A stretch of DNA of 63,626 nt, the filler included, from Trichomonas gallinae (Eukaryota): the NCBI GenBank assembly GCA_008369845.1. It is 6 parts of 6 records of this genome, joined end to end, with 100 filler letters (N's around TTAATTAATTAA, not from the genome) between each part and the next. Parts side by side here need not be neighbours in the genome. Positions count along the whole stretch, not along the records: positions 1 to 29,673 come from MRSU01000920.1; 5 more parts are not named here. One strand, given 5' to 3'. The notes under the pieces are model-generated. The model saw only the letters and a list, made by a program, of their open reading frames with translations. It searched no databases and was not told where the DNA came from. Below, one piece after another: positions 1-9,712 of this stretch. Within the stretch, counting starts at the first letter, position 1. Each line of letters begins with the position of its first letter. Made by a program: the position numbers and the translations under genes.

Positions 1-71
1 TATCCCTGAGCTTCAAGAGTCTTCCTCACATCCTCAGGAAGCTCCGGTGGGGCCATCTTTCTCTTATACAT
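1..71 (-). CDS. 5' end of a protein-coding gene running off the window (MYKRKMAPPELPEDVRKTLEAQG...); product unknown
   Basis: ATG at 71-69 preceded by AAAA on the minus strand; open frame to the window edge; GC richer than the flank. Confidence 0.55.
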   Translation of the reverse strand, partial: MYKRKMAPPELPEDVRKTLEAQG

Positions 72-211
72 TTTGTTATAACGTTTCTGTAATGCATGAG
101 TTTTGCCCATTTTTTATCGAGAAAAATCAAAAAAGTGTCTTTTTTAACAAATTTTGACACTTTTTATTGATCTAAAAAATGACACCGTAAAGTATTAATT
201 TGGCAAAATAT

Positions 212-1147
212 ATGTTTATGTGGCAAATTTTTTTCATGGAAACTGATTATACACCGTATATAGGTTTCCTCAATGATCTTCGCGATCCAATTCATGACAT
301 TGCAATAGAGTATCAACTCAGGCAACTAATTGATACAGATTTATTTATGAAAGCGCAGCGAAGACGCTACGGAGAATAATTTTCATGGTGCAAAACATGC
401 TGTGTGGACTACAATCAAGTTTCATATCAGCTTAATCTTTCAAAAGCTCCTCTTGTATGCAAAGTTCTTCTTGTTATGAAAGCTACAGTTGAATCAAGAA
501 GATCTCATCTATGGTGCAGAAATCTTTGTTCCTATGAAAATTAGCGAACCAGTGGACTACCTTGAGACAATTCGAAGGTTGAAAAACAACGAATTTGGTA
601 TGCTCCAATATAGATTATTGAAACCATATTTTGTTTTCCGATGGAATCGTTGCCCTATACGATCCGAGCAATTTGCCTATTATCTCAAAGTATCGTATAA
701 ACTTCCTATTCGTAGAAACGACACTTTTTATTATGCGAATCCAGTTTTTGAAACTTGCCAACCTTTTTTAATCTGGGGGTGGAAAACGAAAGACGGAATA
801 CACTGCACAGCCATTGGTGCACAAAATGTATTTAAGCCCGAAACCATCGACAATCCCATATATTTTGAAACAATATATAGCACAGCATCCACTTACGAAA
901 AATTCCCACCGATTCTAGTCCTGATAACACAGCTTATGATACACATCCTGATTCTACTACTGATCACGAGATTCCTTCTAAGTCTACATATTCTGTTGAT
1001 GAAAGAAGTAAATTTTACTCTATTACACAGGCAAAACGTGATTCTACTCCTGCTAACACAGTTTATCATGCAAGCCCTGATTCTACTTCTGATCATGAGA
1101 TTCCTTTTAAGAAGACCGATTTTGTTGAAACAAGAAATAAATTTTAA
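212..1147 (+). pseudogene. Disrupted hypothetical gene with a 43-aa tandem repeat in its 3' part
   Basis: Frame from ATG 212 stops at 377-379. ORF 489-1229 has only a TTG start. After ~900 a different frame reads as a natural repeat (DSSPDNTAYDTHPDSTTDHEIP / DSTPANTVYHASPDSTSDHEIP; 129-bp unit at 911 and 1040) ending TAA 1145-1147. Confidence 0.45.
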
Positions 1148-1844
1148 ACAAGTAGGTGCCTATTGGAGCCAAGCGACTCTCTCTATAGGTGTCATTAATT
1201 CGAAAATATGCAGTTTTCATTCAGTCTAAACATTTTGCGATAATTCATCGATTCAATGTGGACATGATAGTTAGAAAATATGCTTCATCAACAAAAAGAC
1301 AGAAAGTTGAAATATTCTATTCTTAGATATTGGGAAAGAAAGCCATTTATTATAAATGCCGAATTATATCACATGTTTCGATGAATACACAAAATTATTT
1401 CGTTTTATTTGGCTGTTTAATGCTGAAAAAATATGTTTTATTTATATTGATAGTTTAAAATAATTTTATCGTATTCTGGCTGCCCAATATCAAGATGAAA
1501 CCTTTTTATATTTGTGATCCAGTGTGTGATGAGTTTTTTGCTGTATCAATGAATAAATGTATCGTTTATTACCAATACTATCATTAATATTAGGAGATTT
1601 ATGGCATTTTGCTTTTAATTTTCTAATTTATTTAGATAATCAACATATTTGAGTATTTTACAGTTAAATATAAGAGAATGACATTAATAGATTTCCAATT
1701 AGAATAGACAGTTAAGTAGTTTTTATTTAGACTTCAGAATTTTACAATAAATTATAATAATATCTCAGAAAGTAAATATTTCTGAGGAATATATTTTATA
1801 TCAGTCCGCATGCTGCTTCAATGCAACTTTATATCAAATTAATT

Positions 1845-3311
1845 TTATAACTCTGCAATAACATAGTCGGAGTCGCTTTCTTCTTTAACTGCTTGACCAT
1901 TTGAGGAGTTTGTGTTGGAGCTGTCAACTTTTGATGTATCTTCCTGGGAAGCAGAATCAGCCTTGAGGTTTTCCTCCAACTCCTTCTCCTTGATGTGCAT
2001 GGATTTGTACTTGTACCAGTAGTAGACGATGGAGAAGATTTGGCAGAAGACGCCGAAGACGACGTAAACATAAGAAGCAAGCTTGAAGAAGCCGAGGAAG
2101 TGTAAGTTCTTTGGACCGAACTCCTTAACAAACATAACGCATGAACTTGCAAGATAACCAATTGAATCTGCGAAGTAGATAAGGAAGCCACTATTAGCCT
2201 TGGCTCTGAATGCAGCGATCTGACGATCAAAAATCATTGAGTTATATGGAACGTAAGCGATGTAAAGTGCAATTCCACTAAGAATCATCCAGACAACTCC
2301 GTTTATTTTATTGAGTTTGTCGTAGAGGAATGTAATAACGCCGAAAATAATAAGTGAGCAGGCAATCATGAAGTGATAAGAAATGAAAGCTTTCATATTA
2401 TCCTTCATGAGCATAAGCAAACCGCATGCAACGACGATAACAGCAGCAACGATTAACTCAGAATAGGCATAGATTTCAGGCTTGTTGACATTCATTTCAG
2501 AGAAAATTTCAGGGGCAAAATTATCTCTGAAATCTCTGTAGGATGTGGTAACCATTGAGAAGATGATCATGATGACAACACCTGGGCCAAAAGTCTTAAG
2601 GAAATTCATTCTATCTTCATGTGTCATGGCAACTCTTTCTACTCTTGACGCTATATCTTCCTTTGTTGGTGGTGGAACCATTTCTATTAGGAAGGTGAAC
2701 AATACCATGACTGGGAAGAAAATTGCGCCGACCAAAGCTGGCATCCAAAATTCATTGGCAACGTCATGCTTAACTAAAGCTCCACCTATGGATTTAACCG
2801 CACCTGAGGATACGATGAATGAGATGCACATACCAGCGCCGAGAAGTTCTGAAGTTTTACGACCTTCTAAATATGAGTAAACAATACCCCAGAAAAGGCC
2901 AAGCGGGAGACCATTGAAGAACATGAATATGGCGTTGTATGGAGGTGGAACAATACCAAAGAGAATTAATGTTGCTTCAGCTATCAGTGTAAGAGTCATG
3001 ATAAGAAAGGCACGCTGCTTCTTTTCAAGACCAGAGATAATAACGATACCACTGAATTTTGAGATAATATAACCGATTAATTGTAAGATAATAAGAACCA
3101 GTTTGTAAGAGATTTTGAAGATTTTGTATCCTTCGTACTTGGATGCTGTGTATGTCTTTCTATATGCATACATCGAGAAGTAGATCGCGAAACCACAAAC
3201 AAACGCAAGAGCATTTGACAAGATGTAGTGTTGGCTCAGCCATGGGTGAACTTTGAGCTTAAGGTAACACTCATCTGTTACTTCGAAGAAGGATGGAAAA
3301 GGACAAGGCAT
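1845..3311 (-). CDS. MFS-like multi-pass membrane transporter, DUF5690 family (bacterial-type)
   Basis: 488 aa with ~12 hydrophobic segments; motifs YFSMYAYRK, GYIISKFSGI, FFNGLPLGLFWGIVYSYLEGRK, EFWMP, PPPTKED, RDFRDNFAPE recalled as typical of bacterial DUF5690 proteins. Confidence 0.8.
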   Translation of the reverse strand: MPCPFPSFFEVTDECYLKLKVHPWLSQHYILSNALAFVCGFAIYFSMYAYRKTYTASKYEGYKIFKISYKLVLIILQLIGYIISKFSGIVIISGLEKKQRAFLIMTLTLIAEATLILFGIVPPPYNAIFMFFNGLPLGLFWGIVYSYLEGRKTSELLGAGMCISFIVSSGAVKSIGGALVKHDVANEFWMPALVGAIFFPVMVLFTFLIEMVPPPTKEDIASRVERVAMTHEDRMNFLKTFGPGVVIMIIFSMVTTSYRDFRDNFAPEIFSEMNVNKPEIYAYSELIVAAVIVVACGLLMLMKDNMKAFISYHFMIACSLIIFGVITFLYDKLNKINGVVWMILSGIALYIAYVPYNSMIFDRQIAAFRAKANSGFLIYFADSIGYLASSCVMFVKEFGPKNLHFLGFFKLASYVYVVFGVFCQIFSIVYYWYKYKSMHIKEKELEENLKADSASQEDTSKVDSSNTNSSNGQAVKEESDSDYVIAEL

Positions 3312-3979
3312 TTCCTGAAAAATGATTTATCAGATAATTCTCATAAATAATTCAATAGATGTCAAATAAATTTTGATCGCATTAAACAGGAAAATATTCA
3401 CTAAGTGTTAGATGAAGTTAATACTTTTCTTAACAAATGATTTCGATTTTTGTGAATAAACAATCTAAGAAAAAAAATATTTGATAAATATAGTTATTTG
3501 ATATTTCTTTGTGTTCTAATAAATTAAATTTATTTTTTTAGAATGCTTGTATGATATTAAAGATGAATATTATGTGATTTTTATTTTTGAAACATGATCT
3601 GCATTCTTGACGGAAGTCATTTTATTTAATAACATACATTAAATATACCATGACTGGCAAAACGATATGAATCAGACAATCTCAATTCACACAATATTTC
3701 AAAAAATAAACAATTTTCATAACTCCGATCACGTCTAGTTTTATTTCCATTTCTTTTGATATCCGATATAAAGCAAGATTTCGCAAAAATGAATTTAAGA
3801 AAATAAAATGTTCCATTGAAAAGGCTCATATGACATTTTTTTTTACACTCGAGTTTCGTTTTTGGGCCATTTTTTTGATATGTAACAGACAAATGACAGG
3901 ATAACAATTCATATGCGACATATAATAATAACGGAATTCTTGTTAAAAAAAAAGATTGATCTTAATATAGTATGATTCC

Positions 3980-4245
3980 ATGAAATTATATATGACAAGG
4001 TTATATGGAATGTTTTTATCTATTTATCTCCTTATTATATTGGAAAGGATTTTGATCAAAATTTAAACTGGCTTGTATTTGATGGTGACAACTTCCTAAC
4101 AGCATATTAATAACAATTTCGTGATAAAGTAAGATCAAAGGTTATTTATTTCGGTTTTTGCGTCACATTAAGATCAAAAGTGGTTGAGAGTGATTGGTTG
4201 CTGAGATTTTGGCTTAAAAATGATTATTACACTATTTGCAGTTGA
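3980..4245 (+). pseudogene. Possible decayed glycosyltransferase (GT31/Fringe-like) remnant
   Basis: Broken frame reading ...IGKDFDQNLNWLVFDGDNF**...VESDWLLRF, loosely like the WxxxxDDD and GxxLSR motifs; in-frame stops. Confidence 0.2.
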
Positions 4246-4725
4246 AAATATCTTGATGTATTATTGTGAAAAAATGGAAATTTAATCGTGAATACTTAAA
4301 CCGCCCTCAGAGATCATAGTTGTATTCGTAGGCTTAATATTACTGTTCCTAGTATATGATTCAAATATCTAGTCAAAATAACCTGTAATTTCATATTTTC
4401 AGATTAATATCGAAAAATATAAACTTATCTTTGATATAATTCAATTCAGTAGCTCTATCTTATATCAATTGTACAAAGTTTATATGTCAAAATCATTGAT
4501 TTAATGTCGATATAAAATTTTTATCGATAATCTATACAATAATCCATCAAACAAAGAACATTACAACACATTATATATAGAAATACCATCAAATTGGAAT
4601 AAAAATGTTATTTCATATAAATTAATTTTTGTTTTGTATTAAGATATAATTTGTTGTAGATTTGAGATTAAATATGTAATGCTTGCATATTAAATAAACA
4701 ATTTATTAAATTACAATAATATCTA

Positions 4726-6897
4726 TTAATATTCAACAAGAGAGCTAATATATTTCATCCAGTTTTGCGATTTCCAAATGCTTGAGTAGAATTTTGGAGC
4801 TTCAACATTTCCTTGTGTATAGTCCGGAAATTCCTTTCTCGCAACATTAGGATTAATTTGAGAAAGACTTTCAACAAATGCAGCCTTGTTTTTCAGTCTG
4901 GTCCTTAGGAATGTTGCCAGTTTCGGAGCAATGACTGAATTTGTCGCAGCATCGCAAAAAGCGGCTATAATTACATTAGGAACAACATTTTTGTTTGCTG
5001 CTGTTGCAAGAGCCTGAATTCCAGTTGTGAAGTAATTCTGAACAACAGGAAGCATGAATGTCGAAGAATCTTTGACATTTATTATCATATTTCTCCAACT
5101 TATAGCAATTGATGCGATGATAGATTCATCTTTAAGTGTTGGTAGAACTTGTCTGATTTTCTGGTAAAGTTCCGAGGATTCTGTTGGGAAAAGTTTGATA
5201 ATTGAAATAAAAGTTGGAGTCGATGTCAGCATCAATAAGAATCTAATAAATGGCCTTATCTGTGCACTCAACTGCAACATTTTAGCAAGGAAAGCTCCTA
5301 AAACCTTATGAGGAGCTTTGAGAACGTCATCAATGTATTGAGCAAGATATTCGAGATGAGAGAGCGAAAATGCGCTCTCACTGATTACACATTTTTCAAC
5401 TGCGAGCAAATAGGAGTCTATTGTTTGTGAATCAGATAAATTTAATTCATAATTTGAAGCTGTAACCAATTCCATTGCGGGAACGAATAGTGTTGGTGGT
5501 ATAACATCGGATAATAGATTCAAAATCTCGTTCGGATTGATTGTTAATGCTAATGCATCGATTGCGAGTTTTGCAGCTGGTGTTGGGCCTGTTAGCATCA
5601 ACCTACGGCAAAAATCTGCTACTAAACATGGGTCACCCATCTCGCGAAGTTCTTTAGCAGCGCACATAGTTAATGGAACAAAGAATTCGTCTTTTTCTGA
5701 TAAAACTGATAAAACAGGTAAAACTGATATATATTTCTTTCCACTCCAGCTGGAAATAAGAACAGAAAATGGAGTTATCGTTGAGAATTGCATAACTTTT
5801 CTTAAATAAATCCAGGAATTCCTGCAAGCATCATCTGTAAATGTACTTATGCATAGATCACATAATTCGTCGATTTGTTCGTGATATTTTTGATAAAAAA
5901 GCTTCAAAATCGGAATTTCAACTGTTGTTATAGCGCAGAGTACTGCTGTTGCAAGAATGGACTGGCATTTTGGTGTAACTGAGAATAAAAAGTCCCAGAA
6001 AGAGTTTCCAAGCGCGTGAAGTGAAATAATAAAACTTTCGATCGCAGCGTATCCGCTGATCAATAATTTGTGTATAATTAGTGACTTTGTAATCTGTTCT
6101 TGTGGATCTGTGACGTTCGTGCATAATTCGTTAAGAACTCGAAAAGTAAACCCATTTAATCGTAAAACTGCGAATAATTCGTCATTTGTTGGCGGAAATC
6201 TGCTTGTTAATAATGAGATCGGTGTTAATCTAGATATTGGCATGATTACTGAAGGAAAATCAATTAATAATATTTCTTTGATTCCAAAAGCGAGACATTT
6301 TTGAATTAGCGATATTAAAATCGGTGTTTCATGGTGTAAGAGATAAGGCAATGAGAAAATTGCACTGATTACTGGAATATATGATGAATATGTTTCTTCA
6401 TTTACGTCGTTGATGATTTGAGTTAATAATTGCATGATATTTTGATCTGACTCACCTTTTTTAAGTGATGTAAACTGACGTAACGAGTCTATATACTTGA
6501 TTGATGTATCATTTGGAATTAAATTCGGATTTGATAAGAAAATTTTAACCAATGAGCTCGGAATTATTTGATTTATCTTTTTGACGATATCAACAGATAA
6601 TTTATCAGGTAAAGTCGAAGGATATTTGGGCATTAAATTTATAAAAAACTCTAGAACTTCATAAGCCATCTTTTCATTATCAGGTGTTATTTTTTTGTTA
6701 GGATTACATAATATTTGAAACACTAATGAGCGAAATACTTCATAGTGTGAATTTGAAGATTTAACATACAAATATCTCTTTAAAACAGGAAATAAATTCA
6801 CATATTCTTTCGGAATATCAGCAGTCTGGGCCTCTTCGACACCAGGTTTATATAAATTAAAATCAGAATCAGTAATAATATTAAAAGGTTCAAACAT
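4726..6897 (-). CDS. Hypothetical alpha-helical (ARM/HEAT-like) protein, 723 aa
   Basis: Long intact ORF; Inr TCACT directly upstream of AAAAATG; Leu/Ile-rich helical pattern. Confidence 0.8.
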   Translation of the reverse strand: MFEPFNIITDSDFNLYKPGVEEAQTADIPKEYVNLFPVLKRYLYVKSSNSHYEVFRSLVFQILCNPNKKITPDNEKMAYEVLEFFINLMPKYPSTLPDKLSVDIVKKINQIIPSSLVKIFLSNPNLIPNDTSIKYIDSLRQFTSLKKGESDQNIMQLLTQIINDVNEETYSSYIPVISAIFSLPYLLHHETPILISLIQKCLAFGIKEILLIDFPSVIMPISRLTPISLLTSRFPPTNDELFAVLRLNGFTFRVLNELCTNVTDPQEQITKSLIIHKLLISGYAAIESFIISLHALGNSFWDFLFSVTPKCQSILATAVLCAITTVEIPILKLFYQKYHEQIDELCDLCISTFTDDACRNSWIYLRKVMQFSTITPFSVLISSWSGKKYISVLPVLSVLSEKDEFFVPLTMCAAKELREMGDPCLVADFCRRLMLTGPTPAAKLAIDALALTINPNEILNLLSDVIPPTLFVPAMELVTASNYELNLSDSQTIDSYLLAVEKCVISESAFSLSHLEYLAQYIDDVLKAPHKVLGAFLAKMLQLSAQIRPFIRFLLMLTSTPTFISIIKLFPTESSELYQKIRQVLPTLKDESIIASIAISWRNMIINVKDSSTFMLPVVQNYFTTGIQALATAANKNVVPNVIIAAFCDAATNSVIAPKLATFLRTRLKNKAAFVESLSQINPNVARKEFPDYTQGNVEAPKFYSSIWKSQNWMKYISSLVEY

Positions 6898-6902
6898 TTT
6901 TA

Positions 6903-6994
6903 TAAAAGTGACAATGATGCTCTAATTAAATAAAAGTGACAATTAAAAGTGACAATTAAAAGTGACTTTGATGCTCTAACTAAATAAAAGCGAC
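6903..6994 (-). promoter_or_regulatory. Tandem array of five initiator-like GTCACTTTT (AAAAGTGAC) motifs upstream of the 4726-6897 gene
   Basis: AAAAGTGAC at 6904, 6932, 6945 and 6958, plus AAAAGCGAC at 6986; minus strand reads TCACT, the trichomonad Inr consensus TCAYW. Confidence 0.6.
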
Positions 6995-7383
6995 TTTTAA
7001 TTAAGGGAACAATCATTCTCTCTATATATGATTATGTGTTAAGTTAGAGGATACAAAATCTGAACATCACTATAGCAACTTATATTACTACTTGATAAAC
7101 TGTCCTTCATTTTTAAAATCTCTGAGATATTTTTCCTTAAATAATAATATTCAATGCACATATCAATATCATAACATATTATCGCATAAATATTTATTAT
7201 ACTTTAGTCCTAAAATCATTCTCTTAGAATAGAAATCATAATGAAAAAAAAAAAAAAAATAATGAAAATGTGGATACTCTTTGATATTGATCGTAATTTA
7301 TGTTATATGTGTCATAAAAATGATGAAAAAAGTGCTATTATGATAAATGTTTTATGATGCATATGAAGTATGTTATGTGAATA

Positions 7384-7479
7384 AGGGGCTTAGTCCAATG
7401 GAAGGATATGGAAGACATTTCAGAACTCTCACTCTTCATTGATAATTCCGTGATCCTGGTTCAATTCCAGGAGCTCCTA
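7384..7479 (+). tRNA. tRNA gene, probably Ile(GAU), with a 25-nt insertion/intron at a non-canonical position 5' of the anticodon loop
   Basis: Acceptor AGGGGCT/AGCTCCT with A73; D stem GTCC/GGAT; anticodon stem TGGAA(7409-13)/TTCCG(7446-50); T arm CCTGG-TTCAATT-CCAGG; A box TAGTCCAATGG; B box GGTTCAATTCC; TTTT terminator at 7483. The 32-nt loop becomes TT-GAT-AA if 7414-7438 is removed. Confidence 0.75.
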
Positions 7480-7799
7480 AACTTTTATTTTTGTGACTGT
7501 CATCATTAAACTAACTTAAAATATATATCCATCTCCATCATCTATACTTAACCCACAACTTACAAATCTCGAATTTTTTTTTTTTGAAAAACGACTATAT
7601 ATATTTTGACAGAAAAGATTTTTATGAATTTCGATCAACGTGATAATTTCTTCTTCTTTATATATTTCCCGATACTATCTCTATAAAATTGTGATTGGAC
7701 ATATTATAAGAAATGAAAAATAAAAATTTATCATAAATTAATGATCCATTTGATCACATCACAACAACAAATGATTTAGATGCTATGAATTATGCAATG

Positions 7800-8164
7800 A
7801 AGCCATCAAATTATTTTTCCCAGTTCCTGGAATAAATGTTAATACACAATAAATCATTAAAAAAAAAAAAAAAAAAAAACAGCTCTGATTGAAGCTTCAA
7901 AAGTATATCATTTGGGGATTGTCAAATTCCATCTTTATGTTCTTGGAATAGAAGTCATCAAAGCTATGATACAGCTTAGTTTTGGACTTCATATTTTGGT
8001 CATCATTAAATTGTTAACTCTTTCTCTCAGTTTCCGAAATAGATGTAATTGCAAAAGACATATACAATAAAACAGCTTTGATTTATGCTTCAAAAAATGG
8101 TAATCTAGAAGTTGTCAAACTCCTTCTCACATGTCCTGGAATAGATTTCAACGCAAAAGACTAG
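7800..8164 (+). pseudogene. Ankyrin-repeat pseudogene remnant
   Basis: KTALIYASKNGNLEVVKLLLTCPGIDFNAKD* at 8069-8164 and KTALIEASKVYHLGIVKF near 7876, separated by stops, frameshifts and a 21-nt poly-A run. Confidence 0.7.
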
Positions 8165-8276
8165 ATTAAACAATGCTTCATGTTTCCACATTTTGCTTCA
8201 TTAATATATAATACACGCAAAAAAGCCATTTATTCTACAAACAAAGAAAAATAATATAATAATTTTGAGCTTCAAT

Positions 8277-9632
8277 TTAATACTCAATAAGCTCTTCTAT
8301 GAAGTCTCTCACTTCTTCAGTAATTGTTGGAACTCCCTGCAACTTTCTAAGTGCAAGAAAATAATAACCATTGTCTTCATCAGGTGTAGCATATGATTTC
8401 GCTCCTTCGCCTAAGAATTCAAGAATTTCTTCATCCAGGAAATTCTCAAGACAATAATTCATTTGAACGAATAGAATCGAATTTGCCATGAATGATGATA
8501 TTGAGAGCTGCACAACTGCCGATTCTTCATCTTTTCTTCGCATTAAATTTGCTAAAAATTCTTTTGTTAAAACTTGAACGGCAACAGCCTCACTTGCTCT
8601 AAATATTTCAAGAAATATGCCCATTGCTTTCATTAGAAAGGTGGAATCGGAATCATTAATCGCATCTGCTAAAAAATCTAAAGGCATCACATCTAGGAAA
8701 GCTAAAATTGCTTCCCGTGATGCATTCATGAAGAGTTCTTCAGCAGTCCTAAGCTGCGTGAATCTATCATCTTTATCTGGAAATTCATATGTTAAAATAA
8801 ATGCAAGAGTCTTAATATATTCGAGTCTGTTTTCATGAGAAACTATATATTGCACTGCATCACGGCTTTGCGCGTAATGACATAATAAAACTAAAAATTT
8901 CGTTCTGCAATTTCTTGCATGATCAGTTTCTTTGTCGCCGAACATGAAATCGATGCTAGGCTGTGAAAGAAGCTCTAAAATTGTTCCAGCGAACAACTCA
9001 AATGATTCATTCAGCTTCGCATTTCGTAAATATTCTGTAATGAAAAATAAAGACACCTCGTAAAGGAGTGGGTTGTGATTTTGAAGTAAAGTTGGTAATA
9101 ACTCAATAATTCCTGAATTTCGGATTAATTCTGCAGATTCTTGTGAATCTGCTGAAATTGAAGCTGCAATTTTGATTGATACAGCAACACAAGCTATTGG
9201 ATAGCCTTCCACACGTATAGGATTTAAAAAATGATCTAATAATCCAGTCTCGCAAATTAAATCAACGATATTACTGCTGCAATAACAACTGCGAGATACA
9301 AAATCGAGAATAGCTGTCGAAAGTACCGGTTGTTCTGGAGTAATATAGTTAATTAAATGCTCGATGAATCTTGTGTCTAAAATCGCGTTATCAAAGGTTG
9401 AAGAAAAAGTTTCTTCGCCTTCTACTTGCTTGCAGATGTAAGTGATGTTGTTTGTAGCCTCAGTAATCTGTCCTGCGAGAAGATGATTGATTGTTTCGAT
9501 GAAATAGTCATCATATCTACTCCTTTCGTTAAATTCTTTAACCATCTGGTCCTCAATTATCTGTTTTTCCTTAAGCAGACCAAAATTAGCCCTGCCTTGA
9601 TCGATATCTGAATCTAAAGAATGAGCATTCAT
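8277..9632 (-). CDS. ARM/importin-alpha-like repeat hypothetical protein, 451 aa
   Basis: Intact ORF with ARM-like segments (IVDLICETGLLDHF; AELIRNSGIIELLPTLL). Confidence 0.75.
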   Translation of the reverse strand: MNAHSLDSDIDQGRANFGLLKEKQIIEDQMVKEFNERSRYDDYFIETINHLLAGQITEATNNITYICKQVEGEETFSSTFDNAILDTRFIEHLINYITPEQPVLSTAILDFVSRSCYCSSNIVDLICETGLLDHFLNPIRVEGYPIACVAVSIKIAASISADSQESAELIRNSGIIELLPTLLQNHNPLLYEVSLFFITEYLRNAKLNESFELFAGTILELLSQPSIDFMFGDKETDHARNCRTKFLVLLCHYAQSRDAVQYIVSHENRLEYIKTLAFILTYEFPDKDDRFTQLRTAEELFMNASREAILAFLDVMPLDFLADAINDSDSTFLMKAMGIFLEIFRASEAVAVQVLTKEFLANLMRRKDEESAVVQLSISSFMANSILFVQMNYCLENFLDEEILEFLGEGAKSYATPDEDNGYYFLALRKLQGVPTITEEVRDFIEELIEY

Positions 9633-9712
9633 AATTATGACAAAATATCAATACGAAAAATCATTTATACGTCAGTTATTTTTAAATTATTTAGCGAAAC
9701 AAACACTTTTTT

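Noticed and set aside
1..71. Assigning the edge ORF to TYW1 or a protein kinase from LEAQG(Y)
   Set aside because: Only 23 codons are visible; both readings fit equally, so no product call
7414..7445. Reading the interrupted tRNA as Met(CAU) with a canonical intron, as Sec(UCA), or as carrying a 25-nt spliceosomal intron
   Set aside because: Met reading needs G32/A33/U37; the TTTCAGA loop has no closing 5-bp stem and no Sec-type long arms; the insert has no GT...AG ends or branch motif
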